Position numbers and translations under genes: made by a program. From assembly GCA_002780005.1 (NCBI GenBank), contig PEWV01000071.1, positions 2,188 through 66,187 on the forward strand: a DNA stretch of 64,000 bases, written 5' to 3'. Numbering within the stretch: position 1 is the stretch's first letter; each line of letters starts with the position of its first letter. The notes beneath the pieces are model-generated. The model made no database searches. It saw nothing but the letters and a program-made list of their open reading frames with translations, and was not told where the DNA came from. Of this stretch, positions 1 to 10,414 are shown in pieces. This DNA is from Candidatus Aquitaenariimonas noxiae (GTDB lineage Bacteria > Omnitrophota > Gorgyraeia > Aquitaenariimonadales > Aquitaenariimonadaceae).

Positions 1-1106
1 AAAACTGGTTTGATTTCAAATACGATGACGCGGCTTTACTTAAGCCATTAAGCGAGTTACGGATTTTACAGGGGAAGTTATTGGGCCGTGTTGCGTCCCT
101 TGACATTAAACTTGAAACCGAGGCGCAGGCTGATGTTTTGGTTGAAGAAGCTATTCGTACCGCGGGAATAGAAGGGCAGAAACTTAACCGGGATGCGGTT
201 CGATCGTCAGTGGCAATGAGGCTTGGTTTGCCCAAGGGTGTTGGTGCGCAGGACAGAAATGTTGATGGCCTTGTAGATATTTTGTTAGACGCTGTGCGTT
301 TTCATAATAAACCATTAACATTAGAAAGGATTAACGGTTGGCATGCGGCATTATTTCCTTTGGGCTATTCGGGATTAAGAAAGATCAAGGCGGGGAAACT
401 GCGTGGCGATGAGCCAATGCAGGTAGTGTCTGGACCAATTGGCAAAGAAAAGGTGCATTTTCAGGCGCCGCCAAAGGAACAACTTGATAGAGAGATGCGA
501 CTTTTTCTGAAATGGTGGCATTCCTCATATGGTCATGCGGACGGCATCTTGCGTGCAGCAGCAGTTCATTTGCGCTTTGTGACACTTCACCCTTACGAGG
601 ATGGTAATGGGCGTTTGGCACGGGCGTTGACCGATATGGCTTTAGCGCAAGATGAAAAATTGAAAGTTAGATTTTATAGTGTATCTTCCGAGATTATGAA
701 GATGAGAAATGAATATTACAGGATCTTAGAGAGTGTACAAAGAGGCCGCGTTGATACGACAGAATGGTATTTATGGTTTATTAAATGCGTTACTGCGTCT
801 ATTGAACATTCCCAGGATATTATTGCCAATGTGCTTACGCGGGTTGACTTTTGGAATCAACATGCTCAAACACTATTAAATGAACGCCAAAAGAAAGTAA
901 TCAATCGCATTTTGGAAGCTGGATATGGTAATTTTACAGGCGGCCTTACGACTCGTAAATATGTAAGCGTAGCAAAGACAAGCCGCGCTACGGCATTTCG
1001 CGAAATTGCGGATATGCTTGATAAGAAGATCCTGCACCAATTACCCGGTAAAGGCCGCAGCGTACATTATGACTTAATCTGGCCGCGGAAGAATGAAGAT
1101 GAATAA
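1..1106 (+). CDS. Fic family protein (class II, N-terminal DUF4172-like region), 5' end truncated by the window edge; reading frame starts at nt 3 and is open to the window start
   Basis: Canonical Fic active-site motif HPYEDGNGRLARAL (HxFx(D/E)GNGRxxR). Upstream inhibitory-helix motif TAGIEG matches (S/T)xxxE(G/N). Frame 3 has no stop upstream of nt 81 (..NWFDFKYDDAALLKPLSELRIL..), so the N-terminus is missing. Confidence 0.8.
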   Translation, partial: NWFDFKYDDAALLKPLSELRILQGKLLGRVASLDIKLETEAQADVLVEEAIRTAGIEGQKLNRDAVRSSVAMRLGLPKGVGAQDRNVDGLVDILLDAVRFHNKPLTLERINGWHAALFPLGYSGLRKIKAGKLRGDEPMQVVSGPIGKEKVHFQAPPKEQLDREMRLFLKWWHSSYGHADGILRAAAVHLRFVTLHPYEDGNGRLARALTDMALAQDEKLKVRFYSVSSEIMKMRNEYYRILESVQRGRVDTTEWYLWFIKCVTASIEHSQDIIANVLTRVDFWNQHAQTLLNERQKKVINRILEAGYGNFTGGLTTRKYVSVAKTSRATAFREIADMLDKKILHQLPGKGRSVHYDLIWPRKNEDE

Positions 1107-2409
1107 TAAAATATTTATCCGGACTTTCGGATGCAAGATGAATTCTCGAGATACGGAGCTTGTTTATGGGCTCTTGCTGGAGAATGGGTATGGGAAGGCC
1201 GACTCGGCCGAAAATGCGGATATCATATTGTTCAATACCTGCTCGGTCAGAAAGCATGCCGAAGACAGGGTGTATGGGCAAGCTTTACTCTTGAGGAAAT
1301 GGAAAAGAAAAAATCCGAACGCGGTCTTAGGCGTTATCGGCTGCATGGCTCAAAACCACAAGGAGAAGATCTTTGATAAACTTCCGCACGTGGATTTTGT
1401 ATGCGGGCCGGCAAATATATATGAGATACCGGAATTAATAAAGAAGGCGCTATCCCGACGCGGGCACTTGCTGGCTTTGGATAGAAGGCAGAGGCCAAAC
1501 GTAGGGCAGCCTGCATGTCGCGAAAGCGATGTTTCGGCCAGTGTTTCCATAAGCGAAGGATGCGACAACTTTTGCGCATACTGTATTGTTCCGTACGTGA
1601 GAGGCAGGGAGCAGAGCCGTTCCGAAAAGTTAATTCTGGACGAAATAAAGAATTTGGCGGATCTGGGCTATAAGGAAGTTGTGCTGCTGGGCCAGAATGT
1701 TAATTCGTACAAAAGCGGCCGAGTGAACGGTTTTGTTAAGCTGCTGGAAGATATTAATAAAATAAAAGGCATCGAGAGGATCCGGTTCATGACTTCGCAT
1801 CCGAAGGATGCATCACCCAGATTGTTTAAGGCCATGCGGGACATGGAGAAGGTCTGCGAACATTTACATTTGCCATTACAGTCAGGGTCTGATAGAATAT
1901 TAAAACGAATGAGAAGAGGGTATGGAACCGCAAAATATTTGAAGCTGGTAGAAAGTTTTAGAAAAATATTACCTGGCTCAAGCATAACGACAGATATAAT
2001 TGTAGGTTTTCCCGGTGAGACAGAGAAAGATTTCGATAGGACTTACAAAATAATTGAAAAAGTGAAATTTGACAGTGCTTTTATTTTTAAATATTCTCCA
2101 AGGCCTCCGGCAAAGGCGTCTGGATATCCGGATGATGTGCCGCCTGATACCAAAGCGGGGAGGAATCAAGCCCTTTTAAAGCTGCAGGAGAATGTCTCGC
2201 GCAGAATAAATGAAAGCTTGGTCGGAAAGAACTTAGAGGTGCTTGTCGAAGCGGAAAATAGCCCGGGTAAGATAGAAACCCTTTGGGGGAGGACGAGGAC
2301 TAACAAAGTCGCCGTTTTTGGCGGTGAGCTAAATTTATTGAAAAAACTTATTAACATCAGGGTGAAAAGCGTTACACCATACACCTTGGTTGGAGAAAAA
2401 CTATCATGA
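1093..2409 (+). CDS. miaB: tRNA-i6A37 methylthiotransferase MiaB (radical SAM methylthiotransferase)
   Basis: N-terminal MTTase domain (IRTFGCKMNSRDTE) and radical SAM motif CDNFCAYC. C-terminal TRAM-like region. Sits next to miaA. Confidence 0.85.
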   Translation: MKMNNKIFIRTFGCKMNSRDTELVYGLLLENGYGKADSAENADIILFNTCSVRKHAEDRVYGQALLLRKWKRKNPNAVLGVIGCMAQNHKEKIFDKLPHVDFVCGPANIYEIPELIKKALSRRGHLLALDRRQRPNVGQPACRESDVSASVSISEGCDNFCAYCIVPYVRGREQSRSEKLILDEIKNLADLGYKEVVLLGQNVNSYKSGRVNGFVKLLEDINKIKGIERIRFMTSHPKDASPRLFKAMRDMEKVCEHLHLPLQSGSDRILKRMRRGYGTAKYLKLVESFRKILPGSSITTDIIVGFPGETEKDFDRTYKIIEKVKFDSAFIFKYSPRPPAKASGYPDDVPPDTKAGRNQALLKLQENVSRRINESLVGKNLEVLVEAENSPGKIETLWGRTRTNKVAVFGGELNLLKKLINIRVKSVTPYTLVGEKLS

Positions 2410-3257
2410 AAAAAGTTTATGCAATAATTTGCGTTTTTTTGTTAACATCGGTAATACAGCCGGAAAAGCTTTTAGCAATCGGTACATTTTCTGGAGTTTC
2501 ATGGGAAGAGGAGGAAAAGAGAGAGTTTAGCTACAGGCAAGACAGGGCGCTTAACGAAATAGAAGATGCATTCTTAAAGGGCGATTACTTGGGCGCAGTA
2601 AAAAAATGCGATGATATTCTATATCTTTCCAAGCGTTATCGAAGCAGGAAAAACACCCAGGATAAATTTTATTATTTTGCCGGTATTGCGTACCTTAAGC
2701 TTGATAACCCGGCAAAAGCCAAACTATATCTTAATAACATAATAAGAGAGGGCAAAAGAAGCGATTTAGCGCCGGATGCTTGCCTAGCTTTTGCCGAGGC
2801 TTATTTCCTTGAAGAAAATTACGACGAGGCGGCCAAATGCTTACTAGAATATACAAAAACTTACCCTACCAATAATTCTTTGCCCGAAGCCTATCTCAAG
2901 CTGGGACAAGTTTACCAAAAGATGGGCAGATGGGAAGAGTCGAAGTTTTATTTTGATAGGATAAAAAAAGATTTCCCTTTGAGTTTTGAAGCCAGTCTTG
3001 CGCCATCTACTTCCTCATCGAACGGCGAGAATTTCTTTTTCTCGGTCCAGTTAGGCGTGTTTAATAATTTGGATAATGCAAAAAAGTTAAAAAAGGATCT
3101 GGAAGATAAGGGGTACTTTCCTTATATAGTGGAAGTTAAGAGTGAAGGTGAAACATCTTACAGATTGAGAGTGGGCAAGCTTAAATCAAAAACTGAAGCA
3201 GAAAGTTTAGCTAGCGAACTCAAAAAGAAAGGTTTTGATACAAAGGTTTGTCCTTGA
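2406..3257 (+). CDS. Secreted TPR-repeat protein with C-terminal SPOR (peptidoglycan-binding) domain
   Basis: Signal-peptide-like N-terminus (MKKVYAIICVFLLTSV). TPR-like helices in the middle. C-terminal SPOR-like segment FSVQLGVFNNLDNAKKLKKDLEDKGYFPYIV..YRLRVGKL. Confidence 0.6.
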   Translation: MKKVYAIICVFLLTSVIQPEKLLAIGTFSGVSWEEEEKREFSYRQDRALNEIEDAFLKGDYLGAVKKCDDILYLSKRYRSRKNTQDKFYYFAGIAYLKLDNPAKAKLYLNNIIREGKRSDLAPDACLAFAEAYFLEENYDEAAKCLLEYTKTYPTNNSLPEAYLKLGQVYQKMGRWEESKFYFDRIKKDFPLSFEASLAPSTSSSNGENFFFSVQLGVFNNLDNAKKLKKDLEDKGYFPYIVEVKSEGETSYRLRVGKLKSKTEAESLASELKKKGFDTKVCP

Positions 3258-3267
3258 AGCCTTGTTC

Positions 3268-4194
3268 ATGAATAAGATTTTATTTATTATCGGCCCAACA
3301 GCCTCGGGTAAATCCGGCGCAGCTATTAAGCTTGCCAAAAAGATAAATGCTGAGATAATTTCTTGCGATTCCATGCAAGTATATAAAGGCATGGATATAT
3401 TAAGCCAAAAGCCATTATCCCACCAAATGGCATCAGTTTCGCATTATATGATAAGCGTGATAAGCCCGAATAAAGAATTTAGCGTCGCGGATTATAAAAG
3501 CAAAGTCGAAGGCATAATAAGAAAAATCCATATGAGAGGCAAATTGCCTCTTATAGTTGGAGGAAGCGGTCTTTATGTAAAGGCCTTAGTGGACGGGCTG
3601 CTTATATCGAAGCCTAAGGATACAAAATTGCGCGATAAGCTTTTTGCTTTATCCAAAAAATACGGGAATAAGTATCTTTACAATAGGCTCAAAAAAGTCG
3701 ATCCTAATGCAGCTAAAAATATTCATCCTAATAATACGAGGCGGGTGATAAGGGCCTTGGAAGTCTACAAAACTTCCGGCACGCCTATATCGGTAATGAA
3801 GACTAAAACTTATGGCTTAGCGTCAAAATATGATATAAAGATATTTGGATTAAAACGCGATCGCGAGAACTTGTATGATAGAATAAATAAAAGGGTGGAT
3901 AACATGCTTAAAAGCGGCTTGCTGGATGAAGTGGAAAGGCTTAAAAGGAAGAAGATCAGCCTGACGGCGAAAGCCGCGCTTGGTTATAAAGAAATCGGCG
4001 GATACTTGGACGGCAGCTATGACCAGGAAGAAGCCGTAGAGTTGTTGAAGCGCAATACCCGCCGCTTTGCAAAACGGCAAATCACATGGTTTAAGAAAGA
4101 CCCGAGCATAACGTGGATAGAAGTTGCTAAAGATGATACTGCAGATAAAATCGTAAACAAAATTATGAAGCATTTGACCGCAATTAAACACTAA
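3268..4194 (+). CDS. miaA: tRNA dimethylallyltransferase MiaA
   Basis: P-loop [14 protein letters not shown] and [12 protein letters not shown] motif. In-frame ATG at 3268 preferred over the track start at 3235, which overlaps the upstream gene. Confidence 0.9.
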   Translation: MNKILFIIGPTASGKSGAAIKLAKKINAEIISCDSMQVYKGMDILSQKPLSHQMASVSHYMISVISPNKEFSVADYKSKVEGIIRKIHMRGKLPLIVGGSGLYVKALVDGLLISKPKDTKLRDKLFALSKKYGNKYLYNRLKKVDPNAAKNIHPNNTRRVIRALEVYKTSGTPISVMKTKTYGLASKYDIKIFGLKRDRENLYDRINKRVDNMLKSGLLDEVERLKRKKISLTAKAALGYKEIGGYLDGSYDQEEAVELLKRNTRRFAKRQITWFKKDPSITWIEVAKDDTADKIVNKIMKHLTAIKH

Positions 4195-4199
4195 ATTTT

Positions 4200-5465
4200 A
4201 TGATAGAAAAATCAATTATCGTTACGGCTTGTCAGGCAAAGCCCTCCGGTTGGAACCCCCAAGACCTTTCGGAGGAATTACGAAATTTAGCTATTTCGTG
4301 CGGCGCAAAAGTAGCAGGCGAAATCATATGTAATATAAAAGAAATTTCACCGGCAACTTATATCGGAAAAGGGAAGGTTACGGACATAGCGTTACTTGCC
4401 GAAGAAAAAGGAGCTGATCTAGTCATTTTTAATAATGACCTTACGGGAAGTCAGCAAAAAAATCTAGAAGATGTAATAGGGTTGAAAACAATTGATAGGA
4501 CCCAGCTTATTTTAGATGTCTTCGCCGAAAGAGCCAAATCGAGCGAAGGGAAGATCCAGGTCGAGCTTGCCCAACTCGAATATTTGCTGCCCCGCCTTAC
4601 CGGTAAAGGTATAGCGCTATCCAGGTTGGGGGGAGGAATAGGAACTAGCGGCCCCGGCGAACAAAAACTCGAAATGGATAGACGAAAAATAAAAGAAAGG
4701 ATAGCAAAATTAAAAAGCGACCTTCTAAAGCTGACAAGTCAAAGGGCCATGCGTAAAAAAAAGCGGGAAGGCTTTTCCCTCTCCACTATCGCTATAATAG
4801 GCTATACAAATGCCGGCAAGTCCACACTGCTGAATTCATTGACAAATTCAAATGTTATAACCGGGGATAAGCTTTTTAGCACCCTGGACCCGACGATAAG
4901 GGCATTTGTTTTGCCGAATAATCAGAAAGTTTTATTCGTAGATACAGTCGGGTTTTTAAACGGCCTGCCGCACCATCTGATAGAGGCGTTTAAAGCAACC
5001 TTAGAGGAGGTCGTGGAGGCTGATATGCTCTTGCACATAGTTGACGTAAGCCACCCGATGGTTATCGCTCAAAACGCTGCCGTGCGTGAAGTTCTTATAA
5101 AACTGGGCGCAGAACAGAAGCCGACCATAATCGCATTAAACAAAACGGATAAAATACATGACGTTTTTATGCTGAAACGTTTTCAGAAAACTTTTGAAAA
5201 AAGCATACCTATATCAGCCTTAAATAAGGAGGGTTTTAAAGAGTTGGTCGACTCAATAACCAGGGAACTCTCTTTCCTAATAGCAGAGGTAAAGCTTACC
5301 ATCCCGCACGACCAGATGAAAATTTTAAGCCTTATACACGAGCATGGCCAAGTGATCACTAAAAAATTTACGGATTCAGGGGTTTACGTAGAGGCGAAAA
5401 TACCGATAAAACTACGGGACCAATTGATGGCGCATAATTTTATAAATCAAGGCAAAAAGGCTTGA
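4200..5465 (+). CDS. hflX: GTPase HflX
   Basis: HflX N-domain with glycine-rich segment [16 protein letters not shown]1 motif [12 protein letters not shown] and G3 motif DTVGF. Confidence 0.9.
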   Translation: MIEKSIIVTACQAKPSGWNPQDLSEELRNLAISCGAKVAGEIICNIKEISPATYIGKGKVTDIALLAEEKGADLVIFNNDLTGSQQKNLEDVIGLKTIDRTQLILDVFAERAKSSEGKIQVELAQLEYLLPRLTGKGIALSRLGGGIGTSGPGEQKLEMDRRKIKERIAKLKSDLLKLTSQRAMRKKKREGFSLSTIAIIGYTNAGKSTLLNSLTNSNVITGDKLFSTLDPTIRAFVLPNNQKVLFVDTVGFLNGLPHHLIEAFKATLEEVVEADMLLHIVDVSHPMVIAQNAAVREVLIKLGAEQKPTIIALNKTDKIHDVFMLKRFQKTFEKSIPISALNKEGFKELVDSITRELSFLIAEVKLTIPHDQMKILSLIHEHGQVITKKFTDSGVYVEAKIPIKLRDQLMAHNFINQGKKA

Positions 5466-5489
5466 CAAAAATAAATTATGTGTTAGAAT
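5462..5489 (+). promoter_or_regulatory. Sigma70-type promoter of the hrcA operon: TTGACA, 16-nt spacer, extended -10 TGtTAGAAT
   Basis: TTGACA at 5462-5467. TG at 5481-5482 followed by TAGAAT at 5484-5489. Lies immediately upstream of the CIRCE element. Confidence 0.7.
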
Positions 5490-5495
5490 GAATAA

Positions 5496-5522
5496 TTAGC
5501 ACTCGGGTCATTAGAGTGCTAA
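5496..5522 (+). promoter_or_regulatory. CIRCE operator (HrcA binding site), TTAGCACTC-N9-GAGTGCTAA
   Basis: Perfect match to the CIRCE consensus inverted repeat: ttagcactc gggtcatta gagtgctaa. Lies between the promoter and the hrcA start. Confidence 0.9.
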
Positions 5523-5572
5523 TTTTGTACTCAGCCATATTCTCTTTAAAATTAAATTAAGGACAATGTAAA

Positions 5573-6610
5573 GTGGTGAATGAGAAAGATAAAAGAATCA
5601 GGGAAGAAAGGGTATTGGAGATAGTGATTCAGTCCTATATCCTTACGGGAACCCCGGTTAGCTCTAGATACGTGTCTAGGAAATTAGACCTATCCAGCGC
5701 TACCATTCGAAACATAATGGCCGATTTGGAAGATACCGGGTTTATAAACCATCCTCACACATCTGCCGGCAGGGTGCCTACGGATAAGGGGTATAGGCTT
5801 TATGTCGACTCTTTGATGCGGCTTAAAAAGATTGCGGATAAGGAAATAGATGCGATAAGGGCCGAATATCGTTCCAAGTTAAAATCACTGGAAGACATGT
5901 TTGAGAAAACCGCGCATATATTATCAAATGTTACGAATTGCGCCGGTTTAATATTATTCCAAAACGAAGAGCAGGGGTTTCTTAAGCATATTAATTTGGT
6001 GCTTTTATCGAAAAAGAACGTACTCGTATCTTTGGAATTAAAGACAGGATTCATAAAAGACTATATAATCGAAATAGATTATCCGGCGGCGCAAATTTTA
6101 TTGGATGAAATATCGAATTTTCTGAATAAAGAACTTTATAATATGACCCTCAAGGAGATTAAGGATTATCTGGTCAAAAATCTAGAAGAAGAGAGGGAGG
6201 TGTCTTATAGGCTTGTAGAAACGGCGTACGAGATAATGGTGGCCATTTTAATGGAAGGATTGCACAAAAAGCTTTATTTCGACGGCACTAGCCACATTCT
6301 TGCGTACCCGGAATTTAAGGATCAGCGGAAGCTGGAAAGCGTCTTGAAATTTTTTGAAGACAGGGAAACAATTTCCAACATTTTATCCGGTGATTTGGAG
6401 GATGATAATTTAAAGATTTATATAGGCAGCGAAAGCGGAATACACGGCTTTGACGAACTAAGCTTGATAACCGCAGGTTTTAAGTTTAGCGACAAGAATG
6501 CCGGCAAACTAGGGGTGATAGGCCCGACAAGGATGGATTACGACAGGGTCGTCCCGATAGTTGACTTGCTTTCAAATGCGTTGACTAAAATCTTGTCATT
6601 TAACGAGTAA
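5573..6610 (+). CDS. hrcA: Heat-inducible transcription repressor HrcA
   Basis: N-terminal wHTH (RVLEIVIQSYILTGTPVSSRYVS) typical of HrcA. GTG start. Followed by grpE-dnaK-dnaJ and preceded by CIRCE. Confidence 0.9.
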   Translation: MVNEKDKRIREERVLEIVIQSYILTGTPVSSRYVSRKLDLSSATIRNIMADLEDTGFINHPHTSAGRVPTDKGYRLYVDSLMRLKKIADKEIDAIRAEYRSKLKSLEDMFEKTAHILSNVTNCAGLILFQNEEQGFLKHINLVLLSKKNVLVSLELKTGFIKDYIIEIDYPAAQILLDEISNFLNKELYNMTLKEIKDYLVKNLEEEREVSYRLVETAYEIMVAILMEGLHKKLYFDGTSHILAYPEFKDQRKLESVLKFFEDRETISNILSGDLEDDNLKIYIGSESGIHGFDELSLITAGFKFSDKNAGKLGVIGPTRMDYDRVVPIVDLLSNALTKILSFNE

Positions 6611-6615
6611 AAAGT

Positions 6616-7248
6616 ATGAAAAAACGCGCAAAAGAAATACATAACATTCTGGCTGAAGGCCCATCAGGATCGCCAGGGGAACCCGTTAAAAATGGAGGGA
6701 GCCCTGAGAAGCTGCGCGAAAAGCATAAGGCAGCGGGCGAAGAAGTAGTGATGACCAACGAAGAGTATGAGCTCTTAAAAGTTCGCGCTGAAGAAAGGGA
6801 CAAATTCTACGATAAATATGTGCGCTCTCAGGCCGAATTTGAAAACGCCCTAAAGCGATTCGACAGGGAGAAGGAGTCGATTTTAAAATATGCCAACGAA
6901 GGCTTTATTTCTGATTTTTTGCCTATTGTCGACAGTTTGGAGATGTCGGAAAGGCATATAAAAGAGGCGAAAGATTTTGAGGCTGTCAGGGTAGGTGTCG
7001 ATATGATCCACGGCCAGATCCAGAAGTTCCTAAAAGAGCTCGGCGTTGAGCGCATAAAAAGCGTGGGAGAAAAATTAGATCCTAATATCCATGACGTTGT
7101 AGATATTGTGGAATCGGATGACATGGAGGAGGGGATTATTGTTGAAGAGTTAAAAGCCGGCTATAAGCTAAACGGTAAAGTAATTAGGCCGGCAGCTGTT
7201 AAAGTTGTAAAGAAAAAGTCAAAAGCAGAAAATAACAATATTAATTAG
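6616..7248 (+). CDS. grpE: Nucleotide exchange factor GrpE
   Basis: GrpE core with FENALKRFDREKE and FLPIVDSLE, plus C-terminal beta domain. Position between hrcA and dnaK. Confidence 0.9.
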   Translation: MKKRAKEIHNILAEGPSGSPGEPVKNGGSPEKLREKHKAAGEEVVMTNEEYELLKVRAEERDKFYDKYVRSQAEFENALKRFDREKESILKYANEGFISDFLPIVDSLEMSERHIKEAKDFEAVRVGVDMIHGQIQKFLKELGVERIKSVGEKLDPNIHDVVDIVESDDMEEGIIVEELKAGYKLNGKVIRPAAVKVVKKKSKAENNNIN

Positions 7249-7334
7249 TTAGCAGAGCCTGCGCAGCTAAATATCCTATGACTATGCGGGCGTTTGTGTT
7301 ATACTAATAAACCAGTTTTGTAAGGAGGTGTTTT

Positions 7335-9242
7335 ATGGCTAGGATAATAGGAATCGATTTGGGTACTTCAAATTCAGCAGCGGCAACGCTGGAGGCCGGC
7401 AGGCCGGTTATCATACCGAGCGCTGAAGGCGCAGGCGTGGCGAGCGGGAAGGCATTCCCTTCAGTAGTCGCATTTACGAAAGACGGTCAACGTTTGGTTG
7501 GTGAGCCGGCCAAGCGGCAGGCTTCAGTAAACCCTGAAGGCACAGTTCAGGCGGCAAAACGTAAAATGGGAACAGATTTTGCGTATAAAATAGGCAATAA
7601 AGAATATACCCCGCAGCAAATATCAGCTTTTATATTGCAAAAGATCAAGCAGGATGCCGAAAGTTATCTAGGTGATAAGGTTGAAGAGGTAGTTATTACA
7701 TGCCCGGCGTACTTTAACGATAACCAGCGGCAGGCCACTAAAGATGCCGGAGAAATTGCCGGGTTAAAAGTTTTAAGAATCATAAACGAACCCACAGCAG
7801 CTTGTCTTGCTTATGGGTTGGATAAGGCCGGAAAAGAGCAAAAGATAATGGTTTTTGATCTGGGCGGAGGGACCTTGGATGTCACGATACTGGAGATGGG
7901 TTGGGACGACGAGCATAAAGCGGCAACGTTTGAGGTTAAGTCAACAAACGGCGATACACAGCTCGGCGGTACGGATATGGATAGCGTTCTCATCGATTAT
8001 GTATGCAATGAATTCAAGAAGGAATCCGGCATAGACTTAAGAAAAGACAAAATGGCCATGCAGCGAATCCGCGAAGCGGTGGAAAAGGCAAAGGTTGAAC
8101 TTTCCAGCACGCTAAATACTGATTTAAACCTGCCTTTTATCACAGCCGACGCGACAGGGCCGAAGCATTTAACACTTTCGATCAATAGGGCCAAACTTGA
8201 AGAGTTGATCGGCTCCATTATTGAGAAATGCCAAGCCCCTTTAGAAAACGCACTTTCCGACGCCGGGCTTACAAGCAAGAATATCGATAAGGTAATTCTG
8301 GTCGGAGGCCCGACAAGGATGCCGATAGTGCAAAAATTCGTAGAAGACTACGTCGGGAAAAAGATAGAGCGCGGCGTTGATCCTATGGAATGCGTGGCAA
8401 TGGGCGCTGCTATTCAGGCCGGAATTATCAAAGGTGACGCTAAGGATGTTCTTTTGCTGGATGTCACGCCGCTTTCGCTCGGTATAGAGACCCTCGGCAG
8501 CGTGTGCACGAAATTGATAGAAAGGAATACCACGATACCGACCAAGAAAAGTCAGGTATTTTCTACTGCCGCCGACAATCAGACGGCCGTCACGATCAGG
8601 GTTTTGCAGGGCGAGCGGCAAATGGCTGACGATAATGTTGAGCTCGGAAGGTTCGATTTGCTTGGCATACCACCTGCGCCGCGCGGTATTCCGCAAATAG
8701 AGGTTACATTCGACATAGATACCAACGGAATAGTGCACGTTCACGCGAAAGATCTGGGCACGGGCAAGGAGCAATCAATAAAGATAACCGCGCCAAAAAA
8801 ATTGTCGAAAGAAGAAATCGACAAGATGATAAGAGAGGCTGAGAAATTTACAAATGAGGACACCAGGAGAAAGGAAGAGGTTGATATAAGGAATCAAGCC
8901 GACACGCTTTTATATACTACGGAAAAATCGTTCAAGGAATACGGAGATAAAATAGACGATGCGGAGCGAAAGAATATCGAGAGCAAGCTTGGCGAGTTAA
9001 AAGAAGCGTTAAAAGGCAAGGATACGGAAAAGATAAAGAAATCCATGGAGGAGCTGACAAAGGCTTCGCATAAGATAGCCGAGGAAATCTATAAGACAGC
9101 CCGGACAAAGCAGCAGTCTCAACAAGGGCCTCAAAAAAAAGGATCTGAAGAAAAATCTAGAGGTGAAAGCCGTGGGCAGGGTTCCGGCAAAAAAGATGAA
9201 GATGTGATTGATGCCGATTACAAAGTAGAAGACGATAAATAA
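7335..9242 (+). CDS. dnaK: Molecular chaperone DnaK (Hsp70)
   Basis: Hsp70 signatures [23 protein letters not shown] and [11 protein letters not shown]. Strong RBS AAGGAGG upstream. Confidence 0.95.
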   Translation: MARIIGIDLGTSNSAAATLEAGRPVIIPSAEGAGVASGKAFPSVVAFTKDGQRLVGEPAKRQASVNPEGTVQAAKRKMGTDFAYKIGNKEYTPQQISAFILQKIKQDAESYLGDKVEEVVITCPAYFNDNQRQATKDAGEIAGLKVLRIINEPTAACLAYGLDKAGKEQKIMVFDLGGGTLDVTILEMGWDDEHKAATFEVKSTNGDTQLGGTDMDSVLIDYVCNEFKKESGIDLRKDKMAMQRIREAVEKAKVELSSTLNTDLNLPFITADATGPKHLTLSINRAKLEELIGSIIEKCQAPLENALSDAGLTSKNIDKVILVGGPTRMPIVQKFVEDYVGKKIERGVDPMECVAMGAAIQAGIIKGDAKDVLLLDVTPLSLGIETLGSVCTKLIERNTTIPTKKSQVFSTAADNQTAVTIRVLQGERQMADDNVELGRFDLLGIPPAPRGIPQIEVTFDIDTNGIVHVHAKDLGTGKEQSIKITAPKKLSKEEIDKMIREAEKFTNEDTRRKEEVDIRNQADTLLYTTEKSFKEYGDKIDDAERKNIESKLGELKEALKGKDTEKIKKSMEELTKASHKIAEEIYKTARTKQQSQQGPQKKGSEEKSRGESRGQGSGKKDEDVIDADYKVEDDK

Positions 9243-9248
9243 GATAAA

Positions 9249-10406
9249 ATGGCGAGACACGATTACTATGAAGTTCTAAAAGTAGGAAAAAATGCGAGCC
9301 CTGACGAAATAAAAAAGGCTTACAGGAACCTTGCCTTGAAGCATCATCCTGACAGGGTGTCGCCGGATAAAAAAAATGAAGCCGAGGAGCGTTTCAAAGA
9401 AATCTCGGAGGCGTATGAGGTTTTAAGCGACCCACAAAAAAGGTCTACATATGACCAGTTCGGTCATGCAGGCTTAGAAGGCGCGTTTAGAGGAGGCGGT
9501 TTCAATTGGTCAGACTTTACCCACTTTGACGACCTCCGAGACATATTCAGCGGTTTCGGTCTTGATGACCTCCTGAGCGGTTTTGGCATGAATACCGATT
9601 TTTTCGGAAGCGGATCAAGCCAGCGAAGGAGCCAACGAGGATTTGACTTACAAAGCGACCTTGAAATTTCGTTTGAAGACGCGGTTTTAGGGGCAGAGAA
9701 GAATATCGCAATCGAGCGACATGAGGCGTGCAGCGCATGCGAAGGCACAGGCGCAAAGCCCGGATCAAAGAAAAAAAAATGCGACGTGTGCGGTGGCTCA
9801 GGCCGGATAACAAGAGGGGGAGGTTTTTTTAGCATAGTGACAACCTGTGATAAATGCGGCGGTGAAGGTTCTTTAATAACAAGCCCGTGCAGCAAATGCA
9901 ACGGCTCAGGAATGGAAAGGGCCAACCGTAATATAAAGTTGCGCGTTCCTCCCGGCGTCGCAGACGGGATGCGCTTGAGGATTTCGGGCGAAGGTGAAGC
10001 CGGCTTGAGGGGAGGCAAACGCGGAGATCTGTATGTTACATTGACAGTCAAACCCCACCCGATATTTGAAAGAAATGGAAATGATATAATTTGCAAAGTT
10101 CCGATAACTTTTTCGCAGGCTGTGTTTGGAGCTGAGATTGAAATTCCGATCATTGATTCTAAAGTATCCATGAAAATTCCTCCGGGAACACAGAGCGGAA
10201 AAGTGTTCCGGTTGCGCAATAAAGGGATAGCACGTTTAGGCGATTACGGAAAAGGAGACGAGCTAGTTGAGGTTTTTGTGGAAGTGCCGGCAAATCTGAA
10301 TAAGGAACAAAAGGAGTTATTGAAAAAATTTTCCGAATCATGCGGTGAAGATACTAATCCAATGGCGAAATCGTTTATGCAAAAAATAAAACAATTCTTT
10401 AAATAA
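9249..10406 (+). CDS. dnaJ: Molecular chaperone DnaJ (Hsp40, type I)
   Basis: J-domain with HPD (ALKHHPDR). Gly/Phe-rich linker. Four CxxCxGxG zinc-finger repeats. Confidence 0.95.
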   Translation: MARHDYYEVLKVGKNASPDEIKKAYRNLALKHHPDRVSPDKKNEAEERFKEISEAYEVLSDPQKRSTYDQFGHAGLEGAFRGGGFNWSDFTHFDDLRDIFSGFGLDDLLSGFGMNTDFFGSGSSQRRSQRGFDLQSDLEISFEDAVLGAEKNIAIERHEACSACEGTGAKPGSKKKKCDVCGGSGRITRGGGFFSIVTTCDKCGGEGSLITSPCSKCNGSGMERANRNIKLRVPPGVADGMRLRISGEGEAGLRGGKRGDLYVTLTVKPHPIFERNGNDIICKVPITFSQAVFGAEIEIPIIDSKVSMKIPPGTQSGKVFRLRNKGIARLGDYGKGDELVEVFVEVPANLNKEQKELLKKFSESCGEDTNPMAKSFMQKIKQFFK

Positions 10407-10414
10407 GGATAAAA

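Noticed and set aside
1131-1376. 81-aa + strand ORF overlapping the 5' part of miaB in another frame
   Set aside because: miaB motifs occupy this region in frame 1. The overlapping ORF has no features and is a chance frame.
7247-7270. TTAGC..N13..GCTAA inverted repeat between grpE and dnaK, considered as a second CIRCE
   Set aside because: Only 5-bp arms match and the spacer has the wrong length. It does not fit the CIRCE consensus, which is present in perfect form at 5496-5522.
8241-8774. 177-aa minus-strand ORF
   Set aside because: It is embedded antisense within dnaK, which is unambiguous, and has no recognisable domain.
9464-10219. 251-aa ORF on the minus strand
   Set aside because: It lies entirely antisense to dnaJ. 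Its translation is low-complexity, Pro/Arg/Ser-rich and carries no motifs. It is an artefact of the GC-richer Gly/Cys-repeat coding region of dnaJ.
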